Source: Octopus bimaculoides (Eukaryota). From it: a stretch of 64,000 nt of DNA. Below, in pieces: positions 63,261 through 64,000 of the stretch. Under the pieces are notes generated by a model. That model was not told the DNA's origin. It searched no databases and saw only the letters and a list, made by a program, of their open reading frames with translations. The stretch is taken from the NCBI RefSeq assembly GCF_001194135.2, contig NC_068992.1, forward strand, positions 44,210,291 through 44,274,290. Reading direction: 5' to 3'. How positions within the stretch are numbered: position 1 is the stretch's first letter; each line of letters begins with the position of its first letter. The position numbers and the translations under genes are program-made.

Positions 63261-64000
63261 TACACACACAAGTTTACTGCGATTTGTCTAGCTTTTGCAC
63301 ATACATTTTACACACACGTGCACACACACAAACACATTTGCATTCTACCTCTCCCACATACGCTCAAGTGCACAGGTTTTGTATTACACTTAACTCCGCA
63401 ACACCTGTGATACACTTTGGTATATGCACTCATGACTGCGTACGTAGATAGATACACATACACACACACACACACTACTTACAACTTCTCACACGCACTT
63501 CAGGCATTAGTTTCAACTCACACTTTTCTGTTAGACACTGTTGACTATGTTTACCATCAACCGCTGGTTGATTATGTTTACCATCAACCGCTGGTTACAT
63601 CACTTCTTTACTTAACTTCGCTTTGGTGCTTCTTAAACATATTGTTCTTTCTCTTCTTCTGCCTCTTCCTTGACCAAGTAAAACTCTTTGAAACGTCTTC
63701 ATAGCATTGTATATTGCTTGTTTGCTTGTTTGTTTGTTTGTTTGTGTGCACGTACGTGTGTGTGTCAATGTTTGAGTTTCCCCACTACTTTAAATTTTTT
63801 TTTAATTTCCCAAGACTTCACACGCCCTTACATCAAAGAAAAAACCGGAAGACGGTCGTGACACCTTCATAGAACCACAACTAATATTGACAAAGTTTTA
63901 TAGTCATGTAAAATTAAGAAAAAAATGCTTGGTGGGTAAATACAAAAGATTTTATTAAGTGTATTCACTTAGCAGTTGTAGTTGAGAGCTGTGGCTGAAG

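Noticed and set aside
63538-63597. 27-bp direct repeat x2 (also 54328-54377, 61626-61668, 1311-1380) as CRISPR-like arrays
   Set aside because: Two adjacent units without unique spacers, in a eukaryotic context; simple local duplications

Overview
AT-rich, microsatellite-dense animal genomic DNA from a gapped draft assembly. The SINE families, repeat landscape and intron sizes suggest an octopus (inferred, not proven). It holds one clear protein-coding gene fragment: four consecutive + strand exons (15634-15740, 17386-17458, 37809-37911, 41659-41789). They have canonical AG/GT ends and matching phases, and splice into a 138-codon ORF encoding a TSP1 repeat plus the start of the ADAMTS Cys-rich module, most like non-proteolytic THSD4/ADAMTSL4-6 proteins. 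The next expected exon (xGCD) is not visible, so the gene probably continues beyond the window. The rest is intron-like DNA with tRNA-derived SINEs, Tc1/mariner, hAT, R4/Dong-like, RTE-like and Penelope-like (GIY-YIG) relics, simple repeats and four N gaps. Most notable observations: (1) five hammerhead-ribozyme-like motifs of the Penelope-associated type, including a U3-A8 compensatory core variant and a pair inside a ~470 bp foldback element; (2) a pyrimidine-tract CAG|GTAAGT junction at 52984/5 that is either an alternative signal-peptide first exon or a recursive splice site; (3) a perfect 24-bp kappaB-STAT-kappaB-like palindrome. There are no prokaryotic features, CRISPR arrays, rRNA or bona fide tRNA genes. 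Most listed ORFs are microsatellite or gap artefacts. Repeat boundaries are approximate and were read by eye; no database searches were run.
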